Origin: Octopus vulgaris
Lineage: Eukaryota
Reading direction: 5' to 3'
Assembly: GCA_951406725.2 (NCBI GenBank)
Contig: OX597824.1
Span: 88,846,001-88,910,000, forward strand
Length of the DNA stretch: 64,000 bases
A program made the position numbers and the translations under genes. Numbering within the stretch: position 1 is the first letter of the stretch; every line of letters begins with the position of its first letter. This document shows positions 14,052 through 27,198 of this stretch, piece after piece. The notes beneath the pieces were generated by a model that was given only the letters and a program-made list of their open reading frames with translations, did not search any database and was not told where the DNA came from.

Positions 14052-14102
<51 letters not shown>
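13800..14102. repeat. Compound (CT)n/(CTAT)n/(CTGT)n/(TA)n microsatellite
   Basis: Direct reading. Confidence 0.9.
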
Positions 14103-14105
<3 letters not shown>

Positions 14106-14674
14106 AGTGGCTGTGTGGTAAGCAGCTTGCTTACCAACCACATGGTTCTGGGTTCAGTCCCACTGCATCTGATTGTTGTGAGAAAAAAATAAGATTAATT
14201 GAAAACAATATGAATAAATAAGCACCACATTCCCCAGAGTGACCTGAATGTTAAAGGATTAAGGTGTTTGAGTCTGGTTGTTTGAACAAGCAGCTGTCAT
14301 TTGCAACCAGGTATGGTTTCGTTGCATGTTACCTTGCTTTTGCTAATCGTCATGGATGACTTCACAGTTGGATGTAGACACCGACATCGTCTTAAATCAC
14401 TCACCCTTGATTCAAAAGAACATCCAGGATGCAACAGATGGACGGAGAGAGGGTTGGCACTCATTACAGCTGAGTAGACTGATGCAATGTGAAATAGTGT
14501 ACCTGGTTCAAAAACACAATGTACATCTCAGTACAGAAATTGAACCTATGGTCTAATGGTCATAGGCCAAACACCTCTAACCACTAGGCTATCATTCTGT
14601 CATTTCAGCTCGTTATGTAGACAGTACATTCCATAATCACTTTAGTTTTATGAAATTAAATCTTCCATTTTTTT

Positions 14675-15133
14675 ATGAGCGTAGGCGAGAAAGATATGCC
14701 ATAATATACATCTGGAAGATCCTGGAAGGACTTGCCCCAAATTTTGGCATCGAGAGTTACACAAATACTAGAACTGGGCGCCACTGCATAGTGCCAAGGA
14801 CTCCAAATTTGCCATCAAGATGTAGGACAAGATACTGCAATAGCCTGGGCTTCAGAGGTCCACAGCTCTTCAATATCCTCCCAAAGGACCTGAGAGACCT
14901 GCATGGGGTGGATGTAGGTGCCTTCAAAATAAAGCTGGACCTCTTCCTGTCAGGTGTCCCAGATGAACCAACTTCGCGGCAGGAGGTGCATATGAGGGCA
15001 GCTGCATCGAACTCTCTCATGCACCAAATGTCAATTCCTAAAAAGCATTCGTGAAGTAAAATTTTGTAGCAACACCAAATGGCAGTGCCCCAGCATGGCC
15101 ACAGCTCGTGAGCTGAAACTAGATAAAATAAAA
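14675..15133 (+). mobile_element. CR1/L2-group LINE 3' end (ORF2 C-terminus plus tail)
   Basis: ERRRERYAIIYIWKILEGLAPN...NSLGFRGPQLFNILPKDLRDL; second copy at 49190-49795. Confidence 0.75.
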
Positions 15134-15436
15134 GTGCTTTTCTTAAAACTGGTAAAATTCTTAAGCATTTAACTGAAATTGATTTTATTTGCATGAGGAG
15201 TTGACGGATCAATATTACAGAATTGATGGTGAACTGGTGCTTGGAAAGGTTATCCAATTGTCTGGTGTACAATGAAGCAGAATCAACTGTGTGTATGTAT
15301 CTGTGTGTGCGCATGTATGTTCATACACACAGACACACATTATATATACATTTATTTATATACATAGATATAAATATATAAATATATGCATATATATACA
15401 TACATATATGTACATACCTACATATATATATATATA

Positions 15437-15570
15437 TACTTTATTTAAAGCAGCAGAAAATTCAACAAAACCTGTTACTCTGAGTTTCCCATTGCCGTGT
15501 CCGATGAACGGCAACGGGAAACTCAGAGTAACAGGTTTTGTTGAAGTTTCTGCTGCTCTAAATAAAGCAT
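15437..15570. repeat. Fold-back palindrome centred on an HHR-like motif, Penelope-like
   Basis: ~62-bp arms, spacer gtccgatga; related single copy at ~58520-58592. Confidence 0.75.
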
Positions 15571-15625
15571 ATTACTCTACCACTGGTATTTTTTCCACCT
15601 TGTTTCACATTTATGTGTTTACTCC

Positions 15626-15672
<47 letters not shown>

Positions 15673-15999
15673 GCATATATGGGTACAAGACATCAAAAAA
15701 ACGTTGAACACAATGAGAAGCGAAAACATAAAAATAAAAACATGGAAACGAACTTTTTTTCAAACAACGAAAAAACAGAGTACAAGACATACAACACAAG
15801 GAATATTCCCCTTCTTCAGTTGCCCCTGTTTTGTCTACTCCGCGTTTCGAAGGTAAGGACAAGACGCGACTACATTGAAACAGTCCTTCCCGCAAAGCAA
15901 ATTAAATGAAATTTGGGATTTTTTGCGGAGGGGTAAAAGTGGTAACAAGAACAGGACAGTGAGAACAAAACAAGACGGCAAAAACAGTAAAAGACATAT

Positions 16000-16410
16000 A
16001 GGCACAGGGGTGGCTGTGTGGTAAGTAGCTTGTTTACCAACCACATAGTTCCGGGTTCAGTCCCACTGCGTGGCATCTTGGGCAAGTGTCTTCTGCTATA
16101 GCCCCGGGCCGACCAATGCCTTGTGAGTGGATTTGGTAGACGGAAACTGAAAGAAGCCTGTCGTATATATGTATATATATATATATATAAGTGTGTGTGT
16201 ATATGTTTGTGTGTCTGTGTTTGTCCCCCTAGCATTGCTTGACAACCGATGCTGGTGTGTTTACGTCCCCGGCAAAAGAGATTGATAGAATAAGTACTGG
16301 GCTTACAAAGAATAAGTCCTGGGGTCGATTTGCTCGACTAAAGGCGGTGCTCCAGCATGGCCGCAGTCAAATGACTGAAACAAGTAAAAGAGTAAAGAGA
16401 GTAAAAAGAG
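16000..16410 (+). mobile_element. SINE family A
   Basis: Body match. Confidence 0.85.
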
Positions 16411-16414
16411 TATA

Positions 16415-18560
16415 TATTATCATCGTTTAATGTCCACTTAAACGGGCATGTGTTGGTCAGTTTGACATGGAGCTGGCTAGCAGGAATCTGTCCAGACCCC
16501 AACTGTCTGTTGTGGTATTGTTTCTAGGGTTGGATGCCCTTCCTAATGCCAACCACTTTACAGAGTGTGCTGGGTGCTTTTTATGTGGCACTGTCATGGG
16601 TGTGTTTACACAGCATCAGCACAGGTCTTCTTGGGTCTACCCCCTTCCGCAAATACCCTCCACAGTTAGAACTCAGCACTTCTTAACACAGCTGTCCTCA
16701 TTCATACTCATCGCATGACCAAACCAGCGGAGTCCTCTTTCTTGCACACAGCATCTGATGCCTCTTATACCCAGTTTTCCACTTAAATCATTCACACTCG
16801 GTCACACACGCACACTGACATCACCCATCCAACAGAGCACACTAGCTTCATTTCTTTCAAGCCTTCGCAACTCCTCTGTAGCCATATCCCATGTTTCACT
16901 GCCATGTAACATAGCTGTACAGACACAGGCATCATACAATCTGCCTTTCACTTCGAGGGAGAAACCCTTAGTTACACCAAAGATAGAAGATCTTTGAACT
17001 TCGCCCAGTCCATTCTCATCCTAGTAACTACACTTTCAGAACTCTCTCCTCCACTGCTAACTTGGTTCCCTAGGTAACAGAAACTAAATACTACTTCTAA
17101 TGATCTACCTGGGCATTTTAAGGGAGTTTGTGTATTTTTAGTGCTGAATCTTCCTTTTATATCGCTGCACCTCTTATGTGTCCAAAGCATGCACTGGATA
17201 CAGCACATGGAGTTTCTACCAAAACCCTTCTTACATACTGAACAGGACTGTCTTCCAGAAAGGGTTTGTGATTTGTCAGTTTTCCTACCTACTAGGACTT
17301 TGATTTTTGCTAAATTAACCCTAAGGCCCTTAGATTCCAGACCTTGTTTCCACACCTGAAATTTATTTTCCAGATCAGGTATTTATTCAGCTATAAGAAC
17401 GAGATCATCAGTGAAGAGGAGCTCTCAGGGTCAGCCAGTTTTGGATTACTTTGTTAAGGCCTGGAGGACTAGGATAAACAGGAGGAGACTGAGAACGGAA
17501 CCTTGGTGAACTGCTACAAGTACATGGAATTCATTGCTATACTCGTTGCCAACCTTCACCTCACTGACAGCATCCCTGTACATGGCTTGTACCACTCTCA
17601 GTAACCACTCATCTATCCCTAGTTTCTGCATTGACCACCAGATAAGAGAGCCGGGGACCCTGTCAAAGGCTTTCTCCATGTTGACAAAAGCCAGGTACAG
17701 AGGTTTATTTTTGGCTAAATACTTCTGCAGTTGCTTAACCAGGAATATAGTATCAGTCATGCTCCTACCTGGCACAAATCCAACTTCATCTCATCTACAC
17801 TATCTCTCTAATTAATCGAGTTATGACCCTTTCTGTGACTTTCATCACCTGGTCCAACAATTTGATGCCTCCGAAATTATTTCTGCCTAAGGCATCACTT
17901 TTGCCTTTGTGGCAGTTGACTATAATTATTTGTTTACTGCCCACACGGAGCTAAGCATAGAGGGGACAAACAAGGACAGACAAAGGGATTAAGTCGATTA
18001 CATCGACCCCAGTGCGAAACTGGTACTTTATTTATCGACCCCGAAAGGATGAAAGGCAAAGCTGACCTTGGCGGAATTTGAACTCAGAACGTAACGACAG
18101 ACGAAATACTGCTAAGCATTTTGCCCGGCGTGCTAACGTTTCTGCCAGCTCACTGCCCTTTTTGGTACTTGACTATAATGCTGCTACATCAATTGTTAGT
18201 TATGACTCTCTCATGGACAACCAGATTTACTATACGGGTGACTAGAATGTATCCTACTTCACCAGATATTTTAAGCATCACAGCGGTGATTCCTGATGGG
18301 CCGGGGGCTTTCCCTGTCTTCATATCCTTAATTGCTTTAATCTACCAAGCTGCTGTTGATTCATATAGCTGGTCCCTCAGTTGCATCAACATCTGACAAA
18401 CCCTGATTCTCCACATTTAGCAGCCTTTCATAATGGTGTTTCCAAGCCTCTTTCTTCGCAGAATCATTAAATACAAGAGAAGCATCACCCATGCGGGCAC
18501 ATTTCTCTCCTATGACATCATGATTTCCTTCTCACAAACTGTCTTGCAATCTGAAACACT
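16415..18560 (-). mobile_element. Decayed RTE-BovB-like LINE (RT domain to 3' tail), interrupted by a SINE
   Basis: MPGRSMTDTIF...LYLAFVNMEKAFDRVP...VHQGSVLSLLLF and ESKGLRVNLAK motifs, with stops and frameshifts. Confidence 0.85.
17927..18160 (-). mobile_element. Family B SINE inserted in the RTE
   Basis: Body match; flanking direct repeat ttgactataat. Confidence 0.8.
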
Positions 18561-18611
18561 TCAAGTCTTTTCAAGTCTTCAGTCCTCACATCATAGAACG
18601 TTGACAAACTT

Positions 18612-18872
18612 CTTCTTTTCTCTTTCTCTCCTGGCTGAATATACCTAGCACACATTTATCTGCACACGCATATACATCCTCATCACACACACACACACAC
18701 AGTCACACACATATATATGCATGTGTACATGTTTATATATATGTATTGACAAAATTCTTTTCTCTTTCTCTCCTGGCTGAATATACCTAGCACACATTTA
18801 TCTGCACACGCATATACATCCTCATCACACACACACACATATATATGCATGTGTACATGTTTATATATATGT
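18612..18872. repeat. Local tandem duplication (~140-bp period)
   Basis: ttctctttctctcctggctgaatatacctagcacac... occurs twice. Confidence 0.8.
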
Positions 18873-19347
18873 ACATCATTATTTAACATATCGTTAATCT
18901 GATTATGGATTAAATATTTTGTTCATTTTATCCACATTTTATCCACTCATATCCTTGAGTACTTAATTCCAAGTGGTTGGACATTAGCTTCCGTTTGAAC
19001 TTGTCACACCCTGTGAAATGGGATTCTTGTCAAGACGCTGTTCATACTAAATAAAATGTTGACCACTTATCAAATGCCAATTAGTTGCTGCATATCTCTG
19101 ATGCTACTGGATTCGTTGTTTGCTGCAGACTGGTCACTTATTTCTCTGGTGTTGGCCAAATTGATGCAGACACCATTGGTTTTGAATCCAATAAACTTTG
19201 AAAATTGATTAAGGTTGTTCATCATTTTACAATCCACGAAAACAATACTTAAATCTTCAGTTTCTATTTCCACATAATACATTTTTACTGCGGCGACTGA
19301 GATCCCCATCGGCAGGGCACTGGTATTTAATAAACTATCGATTACTT

Positions 19348-20200
19348 CATCATCATCATCATCGTCATCCTCATCGTTTAATGTCTGCTTTTTGTGCTGG
19401 CATGGGCTGGACAGTTTGAATGAGGACTGGCAAGCCAGGAGGCTGCATCAGGCTCCAATCTGATCTGGCAAGGTTTCTACAGCTGGGGATGTCCTTCCTA
19501 ATGCCAACCACTCCGAGAGTGTAATGGGTGCTTTTTACAAGCCACCGACATGGGGGATCAGCCAGGTGGCACTGGCATCGACCATGCTCAAATGATGCTT
19601 TTTACAAGCCACCGGCATGGGGGATCAGCCAGGTGGCACTGGCATCGACCATGCTCAAATGATGCTTTTTACAAGCCACCGACATGGGGGCCAGCCAGGT
19701 GGCACTGGCATCGACCATGCTCAAATGATGCTTTTTACAAGCCACCGACATGGGGGCCAGCCAGGTGGCACTGGCATCGACCATGCTCAAATGATGCTTT
19801 TTACAAGCCACCGACATGGGGGCCAGCCAGGTGGCACTGGCATCAACCATGCTCAAATGGTGCTTTTTACGTGTCACCGGTACAGGAACCAGTCCGGCGG
19901 CACTGGCATTGACCACACTTGGATGGTGTCTTTCACATGCCACTGGCGCCAGCCATGTTCAGATGGTACTTTTTACATGCCATGGCATAGCTACCAGTCA
20001 GGCAGCACTGATATTGGCTGCGACAACGATTTCACTTGACTCAACAGGTCTTTTCAACCACAACATTACCTGATGATTGAAGGGTACTTTTAAATGGTCT
20101 GGTCATGCGATACTGGCATCAGCCTTGGCTACAGTCTCACTAGGCTTGCCGGGTCTTCTCAAGCACAGCATGTCTCCAAAGGTCACGGTCACCAGTCATT
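19348..20200 (-). mobile_element. RTE 3' end with expanded ~66-68-bp tandem array
   Basis: About 6-7 units of gctttttacaagccaccgacatggggg...gcactggcatcgaccatgctcaaat at 19528-19990. Confidence 0.8.
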
Positions 20201-20261
20201 GTTGGTGACACTTATAACATTCAAATTAGTTGGTCCAGTTTTCTGACGTGATTGGATTTAT

Positions 20262-20678
20262 ACTCTTTTCTCTTTTATACTCTTTTACTTGTTTCAGTCA
20301 TTTGACTGCGGCCATGCTGGAGCACCGCCTTTAATCGAGCAACTCGACCCCAGGACTTATTCTTTTGTAAGCCCAGTACTTATTCTATCGGTCTCTTTTG
20401 CCGAACTGCTAAGTAACGGGGACATAAACACACCAGCATCAGTTGTCAAGCAATGCTAGGGGGACAAACACAGACACACAAACACACACATATATATATA
20501 TATATATACATATATACGACGGGCTTCTTTCAGTTTCCGCCTACCAAATCCACTCACAAGGCTTTGGTTGGCCCGAGGCTATAGTAGAAGACACTTGCCC
20601 AAGTTGCCACGCAGTGGGACTGAACCCGGAACCATGTGGTTGGTAGACAAGCTACTTACCACACAGCCACTCCTGCGC
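20262..20678 (-). mobile_element. SINE family A
   Basis: Body match. Confidence 0.85.
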
Positions 20679-21042
20679 ATAAATAATGCGTAAATAAACA
20701 AATGGGTTACTTGTTTCTCTGATGAAGCCCCAACAAGGTTTGAAAACCATTTAACGTTGTTCATTTATTTCCTAATCCACAGAGAAATTGGCCATGTTTG
20801 TATGCCTGCTATGAAGGTTTTGGTCTCTTCTACTGCGATATCTCATCATTTCTCAGCCAACCATAACATAACACAGACTATATTACAGATTATTCCTGCT
20901 TTTGCTATTTGGCCTCTCTCACAACACACTCTCAATTGTTAGTTTATTCAAGACAGAATTTCATTGACCGTAGCAAGTTTGCTGCTGCTAATTTTCTAAT
21001 CTAAATGTCTACAGTTTTATATGTTTAATAAAAGATTTATAG

Positions 21043-21640
21043 AGGTACAGGCATGGCTGTATGGTAAGAAGCTATAGGCGCCAGTGTGACTGCATGGTAA
21101 GACGCTTGCTTCCCAACCACATGGTTCTTGGTTCAGTCCCACTGCGTGGCCCCCTTGGGCAAGTGTCCTTTACTGTAGCCTTGGGCTGACCAAAGCCTGG
21201 TGAGTGGATTTCATAGAAACTGAAAGAAGCGCATCATTATATATATATAATGAGGCGCAGGAGTGGCTGTGTGGTAAGTAGCTTGGTTCCAGGTTCAGTC
21301 CCACTGCGTGGCACCTTGGGCAAGTGTCTTCTACTATAGCCTTGGGCCAACCAAAGCCTTGTGAGTGGATTTGGTAGACGGAAACTGAAAGAAGCCCGTC
21401 GTATATATGTATATATATGTATATGTGTGTGTGTCTATGTTTGTCCCCCCCAACATCGCTTGACAACCGATGCTGGTGTGTTTATGTCCCCATCACTTAG
21501 CGGTTCGGCAAAAGAGACCGATAGAATAAGTACTGGGCTTACAAAGAATAAGTCCTGGGATCGAGTTGCTCGATTAAAAGGTGGTGCTCCAGCATGGCCG
21601 CAGTCAAATGACTGAAACAAGTAAAAGAGAGTAAAGAGTA
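21043..21640 (+). mobile_element. Stacked SINE family A heads plus one full copy (21253-21640)
   Basis: Three successive head segments. Confidence 0.8.
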
Positions 21641-21654
21641 TATATATATATATA

Positions 21655-21858
21655 TACTACAAAATTAGAGAATGGAGAAACATACTTAAATCAGTAAAAC
21701 ATCAACTATCCGATGATACTCAATCCATACTTTAATACACCATTACATATGAGTAAAGGCAATATATAAAATGAAATGAGATAGTTATTTCGATCTTGAA
21801 AGGATGGACTTGGTGCTAACTTAACTGTATCTATTTTTAGTATTTTTTATTATTATTA

Positions 21859-21902
<44 letters not shown>

Positions 21903-22730
21903 AGTAATTTTTATTAACTTTTATAGCTTTAGAATTTTATGAACTGTACCACGGATTTAATTATTATTTTTCATCTCCATATGTGTTAGCAATTTTTTTT
22001 ATAAAAAAAACTATTAGCCAAATATGTATAATATCGGTACTTATTAATATTAATATATACACTGTTATATATTTTGTTTTATATTGTTCTGTTTACCTTC
22101 CTTTTTGTACAAATGTGTATTATATTATATAAGTGTAGCATTATGATATATAAGTTTTTATATTTTACATTTTTATATTTTTATATTTATATGTATATGA
22201 TTATATAATATTTTTCACTATTATAACAAATTTAATTTAATTCTCTGAAGAGGCCGTGGGGCATCCTTGTTAATGCCTCATTTATACCTGCCTTTATGGC
22301 TTATAGGTTAAATGAGGTATGACTGTCCTCACTGCCGAAACAGCTGTCAGTTTTGATTTATTTGCATATTATATTTGAAAATTTTTTTACTTATATCTCT
22401 TTATCTTTTTACTTTTACTATTACTGTATATCTCATTTCATTTTATATATTGCCTTTACTCATATGTAATGGTGTATTAAAGTATGGATTGAGTATCATC
22501 GGATAGTTGATGTTTTACTGATTTAAGTATGTTTCTCCATTCTCTAATTTTGTAGTATTAATTTACGGTAATATTATTACCTTTACCCATTTAATACAAT
22601 AGATGAACTGATTGCTTGACAATTTTTAACATCTATGTATTATTTTTGTTGGGTACCTATCTAGCAGTATATTGGATATATATTATCCCATGGTGGGTTG
22701 AATTTTCAACCCCTATCTCATTTTATAACC

Positions 22731-22735
<5 letters not shown>
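21655..22735 (+). mobile_element. Penelope-like terminal repeat remnant with inverted 5' segment
   Basis: 21655-21783 is the reverse complement of 22429-22557; HHR motif at 22243-22350. Confidence 0.65.
22243..22350 (+). ncRNA. Type I hammerhead motif with long stem II (stem I weak)
   Basis: CUGAAGA - ~85-nt hairpin - GAAA CAGCUG UC; stem I only 2 bp. Confidence 0.55.
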
Positions 22736-22767
<32 letters not shown>

Positions 22768-22960
22768 GCTGTGTGGTTAGGGAGCTTGATTCCAAGCTAC
22801 ATGGTTTCGGGTTCAGTCCCACTGCGTGGCACTTTGGGCAGGTGTCTTCTGCTATAACACTGAGTCGACCGAAGCTTTGTGATTGAATTTGGTAGGTGGA
22901 AGTTACTGCCGTGTGTGTATGTGTGCGTATAGCTGCTCAGTGCCTCTCCGAAAAAGAGAG

Positions 22961-22996
<36 letters not shown>

Positions 22997-23157
22997 TAGT
23001 CGTAGTATCCATGGCCATCCGGTTGATCATCTTCATGGATTCATTTCTTCAGGCGATACAACATCAATGGATATTCAACAGGGAGATGCTTATCTTTTTT
23101 TTACCAGTATGAAAATTAAAACACTGGTAAAAAGAGATAAACATTATATACATACAT

Positions 23158-23217
<60 letters not shown>

Positions 23218-23225
23218 TTATATAC

Positions 23226-23256
<31 letters not shown>

Positions 23257-23326
23257 TACATGTTTATATATTTGTTGTGCAAGATTTTTTATTGGCTAAA
23301 CTGGCAAAATGACCATTCCGAAATAT

Positions 23327-23363
<37 letters not shown>

Positions 23364-23397
23364 CTTATATATAGCCTTATATATATATATATATATA

Positions 23398-23686
23398 TGG
23401 CCTCATGGATGCAATGACCGAGACCTTTGGCATTATGTTGTGCTTGAGAAGAAGACCCATCAAACTGGGCAAAATCAGTCATGGCAGATACTGGTGTCAT
23501 ACAAATGGCACCTGTGCCAGTGGCATGTAAAAGCACCCATTACACTCTCAGAGTAGTTGGTGTTAGGAAGGGCATCCAGCCGTAGAAAACCATGCCTGGA
23601 GTCTGGCGTGGTCTTTCAGCTTGTGAACCCTGGTCAAACCATCTAACCCATGCCAGCATGGACAGTGGACGTTAAATGATGATGAT
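23398..23686 (+). mobile_element. RTE 3' end remnant
   Basis: ...DRDLWHYVVLEKK ORF end, UTR, (GAT)n tail. Confidence 0.7.
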
Positions 23687-23792
23687 ATACTTATGGTATA
23701 TCCTGTTAAGCAGTAGACTACAGTATGAAGCTTGTACACCTTCAGATTTCACCCTTTGCTATCCAGAAATAGTATTATACATACTATAGTAA

Positions 23793-24208
23793 GGCGGTGA
23801 GCTGGCAGAAACGTTAGCACGCTGGACGAAATGCTTAGCGGTATTTCGTCTACCGTTACGTTCTGAGTTCAAATTCCGCCGAGGTCGACTTTGCCTTTCA
23901 TCCTTTCAGGAGGCGATTAGATAAGTACTAGTTACGCACTGGGGTCGATTTAATCGACTTAATCCATTTGTTTGTCCTTGTTTGTCCTCTCTGTGTTTAG
24001 CCCCTTGTGGGTAGTAAAGAAATAGGTATTTCATCTGCCGTTATGTTCAGAGTTCAAATTCCACCGATGTCGACTTTGCCTTTCATCCTTTTGGGGTCGA
24101 TTAAATAAGTACCAGTTACGCACTGGGGTCGATTTAATCGACTTAATCCGTTTGTTTGTCCTTGTTTGTCCTCTCTGTGTTTAGCCCCTTGTGGGTAGTA
24201 AAGAAATA
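23793..24208 (+). mobile_element. Family B SINE with duplicated body
   Basis: Head plus two tandem Nin-core/tail units; flanking direct repeat tattatacatact. Confidence 0.8.
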
Positions 24209-24557
24209 AGTATTATACATACTTCCTGGTTTGCATTTGGGCATCTCTTGGGTGTCAATAGATAATTGAAAAGATTTGGAGTTGACAAGAAGGGGTACAG
24301 TTGGACATTTATTTTTTAATCACTACAATTGTTTCTACACATCGTAGTTCTTCAGGTGTGCAGGTACTTGATTATGCAATCGTTTCCCTGCAATTTGCGT
24401 TTCCTCAGGTGATATGTAAATATTGTCTCCATAAGTTCAAATTCCTGGCTTCAAGAACATCCTTTCTGTCTGTCGTGGCCTGAATTTAGTGGAATTTGCT
24501 GAGTTTGCCATTGGTTCTTCAGCAACAACAACACACCTTGATGTGTGTGTGTGTGTG

Positions 24558-24765
24558 AGGTGGAAGCGCAATGGCCCAGTGGTTAGGTGTTGTGAGTGTT
24601 TATTGAGCGAAAACACCTCTTTCACCACAACTTTCTCTCACTCTTTCTTCTGTTGGCCTGCTCGCTTAGCCAGTGGGTTGGTGTCATTTGAAGGCTAAAA
24701 CAATGCGAAATGCATTGTGACCAGCGATGTGTAGCAACATCTGAAAGCCTGGTCGGTCACGGTGA
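24558..24765 (+). mobile_element. Deleted family C SINE (same subtype as 57741-58045)
   Basis: gcgcaatggcccagtggttagg head and ...gcctggtcggtcac tail. Confidence 0.7.
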
Positions 24766-24788
24766 TATATATATATAAACATACATAC

Positions 24789-24837
<49 letters not shown>

Positions 24838-25221
24838 GCATCAAGAGCCACCATGTCAGCTTTGGTGAGGTTCAACAGCTAGACACTCTTGATAATGTCA
24901 ATAAATTTACAGTGTGTACTGGCTGACTTTTACATGCCACATAAATATAAATATATATATGAAAATAGTAAAGCAATACGAGAGTATTGCTTTCCAGTAA
25001 AGAATAGCCCGTGAGGGAAAATTATACATAGAAGTAAATATATGGCACAACGAAGTACCGTTATTTCATCTTTCAGATGTTCTCCCTGGAGGTAAGACAA
25101 TTTTTTTCAAGTTTGTTGCATACACGCATTTTTGCTAGCACATACGCGGTGAAGCTATACATTAGCGTACATTTATTACGTTCGCTATTTTCGTAAATAT
25201 CGGTACTTCGTTATATATATT

Positions 25222-25257
<36 letters not shown>

Positions 25258-25551
25258 TCATCATCATCATTATCGTTTAACGTCCATTTTCTGCGCTAGC
25301 ACATATATATATATATATATATATATCTTTATACATAAAGTCATATACAGACACACATGTATATATAAATATGTATTCAAAAATATATATTCAAATAAGT
25401 AAAACATATCATGAATAGCGATAGCGAAACCGGTCGATATATTAAAAATTATATTAAAACAATGTAAGTCTGCGTGTTTTCCTTTTTTAATTTCTTATAT
25501 ACATTACAACTTACCACGAAATTCCTCTTTTCTATTACTACTATAAATATG

Positions 25552-25612
<61 letters not shown>

Positions 25613-25966
25613 GTATATATCAAACATCATGAACAAGAAAGGAGAATATTGCATTGTACTTTGAGTACAAATTACAAGTCCAATGATCGTTTCTTTACTG
25701 TAAGCATTTTAAGATATAACAAAAGGTACAGAATACAAATCGATCCGTATTGGGTCAATTGTAAAATCCAAAGTTTATGTGGACACAATATTATCGAGGC
25801 AGACCATAACATCTTAGATCCAAAGCAAACTCATACAGTGGCTGAACTGCATGGAATTAAGGAACACAGAGAAACAGCGTGCGAAGAAGAGATATTATAT
25901 GCTAGGGAAAGCCAGTCTCATATTTAAATCTTTAGTATGCAGATTACACAGTCAAATGTAATGCTT

Positions 25967-26271
25967 ATCTTTACTCTTTTACTTGTTTCTGTCATGTGAC
26001 TGTGGCCATGCTGGAGCACCGCCTTTAGTCGAGCAAATCGACCCCAGGACTTATTCTTTGTAATAAGCCTAGTACTTATCCTATCGGTCTCTTCTGTGCG
26101 AACCGCTAAGTTACGGGGGACGTAAACACACCAGCATCGGTCGTCAAGCGATGTTGGGGGGACAAACACAGATAGACAAACATACATACATATATATATA
26201 TATATAAACGGTATATACAGGTGCTTACAATTATCAAGTACTCACCCTGAATTTCTATATATATATATATA

Positions 26272-26342
<71 letters not shown>

Positions 26343-26476
26343 CGGGCTTCTTTCAGTTTCCGTACCAAATCCACTCACAAGGCTTTGGTCGGCCCAACGC
26401 TATAGTAGAAGACACTTGCCCAAGGTGCCACGCAGTGGGACTGAACCTGGAACCATGTGGTTTGTAAGCAAGCTAC
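25967..26476 (-). mobile_element. SINE family A with internal insertion
   Basis: Body match. Confidence 0.8.
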
Positions 26477-26846
26477 TTTTTAAATTAATCATGCATTATC
26501 TCATAGCTTTCATGTGATTGTTTATTTTGAGAATATCTTTGGAAAATAGGTGTTAGAGGCTGGACCTGGTCAGTAGGAACATAAAACATGTGGAATAATT
26601 GAGCCAGATATGGGTGGTGAAAATATGAAAGGATTAAATTTAGGAAGAAGTCAATGGTTAATGGAAAGTCAATGGGAAGAATTGGAAAAGAAAATACAAA
26701 CATAGAAAGGTTGCCACGACTGTTAATTCTCTTTTGATCTTTTGGTATCTGATTGTTCGATATAGTTAACCAAGTTCTATATTTAAGAGATGAATTATTT
26801 ACATTATTTACATTTGACGGATATTTGTCCTCATCTTGTTGTTGTT

Positions 26847-26892
26847 AACACAATGTTTCGGCTGATATACCCTCCAGCCTTCATCAGGTGTC
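26847..26892 (-). ncRNA. Minimal type I hammerhead motif (left arm)
   Basis: GACAC CUGAUGA A GGCUGG-loop-UCAGCC GAAA CA UU^GUGUU. Confidence 0.6.
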
Positions 26893-27198
26893 TTGGGGAA
26901 ATTTCGAACCTGGGTTCTCATTCCTAAGGTATTTTTCAATGTTGTTGTTATTATTATTATTATTATTATTATCATTATTATCATCATCCAGGTCACTGCC
27001 TGGAATTGAACTTGGAATCTTGGGGTTAGTAGCCTGCGTTCTTAACCACTATGGGCAGATGGCGTAGTGGTTAAGAGTGCAAGCTACTAACCTAAGATTC
27101 CAAGTTTGATTCCAGGCAGTGACCTGAATAATAATAATAATAATAATAACATCGAAAAATACCTTAGGAATGAGAACCCAGGTTTGAAATTTCCCCAA

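Noticed and set aside
15800-15895. GAAACGCG...CUGAAGA as a type II hammerhead (also ~43765-43808)
   Set aside because: No convincing NUH site or stem I pairing
19070-19309. 79-aa ORF as a possible exon; shares 25 nt with ~6382-6406
   Set aside because: KMMNNLNQFSKFIG resembles the segment after the catalytic DD motif of LINE RTs, and there are no good splice sites: decayed LINE
19528-19990. Regularly spaced repeats resembling a CRISPR array (also 53984-55150)
   Set aside because: No unique spacers, no cas genes, eukaryotic context; these are LINE 3'UTR tandem units
24320-24470. Minus-strand frame ...KRLHNQVPAHLKNYDV* resembling the end of a Gypsy integrase
   Set aside because: Too short and decayed; no LTR or other domains seen
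27054-27125. tRNA-like sequence (also the heads of SINE families A, B and C)
   Set aside because: Acceptor stem does not pair, there is no terminator, and it is fused to a repeat body: a SINE head rather than a tRNA gene
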